DNA of 64,000 bases from Tubulanus polymorphus (taxonomy: Eukaryota > Animalia > Nemertea), in contig NC_134026.1 of the NCBI RefSeq assembly GCF_964204645.1, positions 7,153,950 through 7,217,949 of the forward strand, in the 5' to 3' direction. Below are positions 63,161 through 64,000 of the stretch, piece after piece. Under the pieces are notes generated by a model. The model saw nothing but the letters and a program-made list of their open reading frames with translations. It had not been told where the DNA came from and ran no database searches. The translations under genes were made by a program, and so were the position numbers. Position 1 is the stretch's first letter. Every line of letters starts with the position of its first letter.

Positions 63161-64000
63161 AGCAGGTGAAAAATACATGATAACATTTATCAAATTGTAT
63201 TGAGCTGATGAACAAAATCAGTGAGAAAAAAAGTCATTAACTTGTTTCGGTTATGGATCCTTAAATGGTCTTTGGCATTTCTAGTACTTAAATCTTGGTT
63301 TCAACACAGTAAGAATAAATACTGCAAAAATATGATGCAAATTTTGATTGTGGGCTTTCTCTGGTCACTTAAATACTACACCCATCGCCATGGACAAATT
63401 GTGTTCATTCGGTATGAAGATCTGTACAGCTATTTTTGTCTCGAACCATCTCTCCCACTCTCTTGAAGATAATGCGCACAATTATGAACAAAAACATTAA
63501 GTTTTGGAGAATTACGCGACACTAAGAGAGAAGTGAATTGTCCACTCAGTTTTATGAGCCATTTTCCAAACAGTTTTGAAAACGATTCATGGGATTGAGT
63601 CTACTGTAAATTATTAAGTAAATCTAAAGAGAGTAGTGATGACTCAGTTCTGTAGACCATTTCACTAGTCCCTTCATTCTTGTTCATAATTGTTGGTTTT
63701 TCTTCAATTGAATAACAGACAGTCGCTTGTCTTTATGGAAACCATATCGCTCTATCTCTTTAATTCATATTTACTGGTATATGTATTACTACTGCTGATG
63801 TGTTTCCATAATATATTTTGTCTAGTAATGGTTGTAGTTTTACAATAGAGATTTAAATTTTCGTATAAATGTCATGTTTATATCGACCCTCGGAACTCGT
63901 GTGTTTAATTTATTGCAGTCACAATTTTACAACGGTTTGAAATTATATAGGAATATTTTATTGTATAGATATTTAATAAGGTTATGGTATTCGTCATATC

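Overview
Eukaryotic, intron-rich, AT-rich animal DNA. The gene and repeat content suggests an invertebrate, but the species cannot be determined from the sequence. Genes I could build by hand: (1) the first coding exon of a tachykinin-receptor-type GPCR (minus strand; later exons were not found in the window); (2) three tRNA-Glu genes; (3) a complete 19-exon TBC1D2/TBC1D2B Rab-GAP gene (1058 aa), with an extra intact ~250-codon exon in intron 9; (4) a two-exon Toll-like receptor; (5) a four-exon ASF1 histone chaperone, head-to-head with (6) a VMAC-like coiled-coil gene. The non-coding DNA is dense in short non-autonomous elements: MITEs with TA, 3-, 5-, 6- and 9-bp target-site duplications (TSDs), tRNA-derived SINEs, a Harbinger derivative with a MADF remnant, and two higher-order minisatellites. 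The most striking unexplained structure is a dispersed set of short palindromic or tandem elements carrying minimal hammerhead-ribozyme cores of the Penelope-like-element type. One of them is a near-perfect 212-bp palindrome with an intact core on both strands. I cannot show from sequence alone that any of this is a new system. The best leads are the hammerhead palindromes, the TLR (cleavable-looking pro-segment, altered BB loop), the extra TBC1D2 exon, and the satellite built from the VMAC-like C-terminal codons. All alignments and folds were done by eye and no searches were run.
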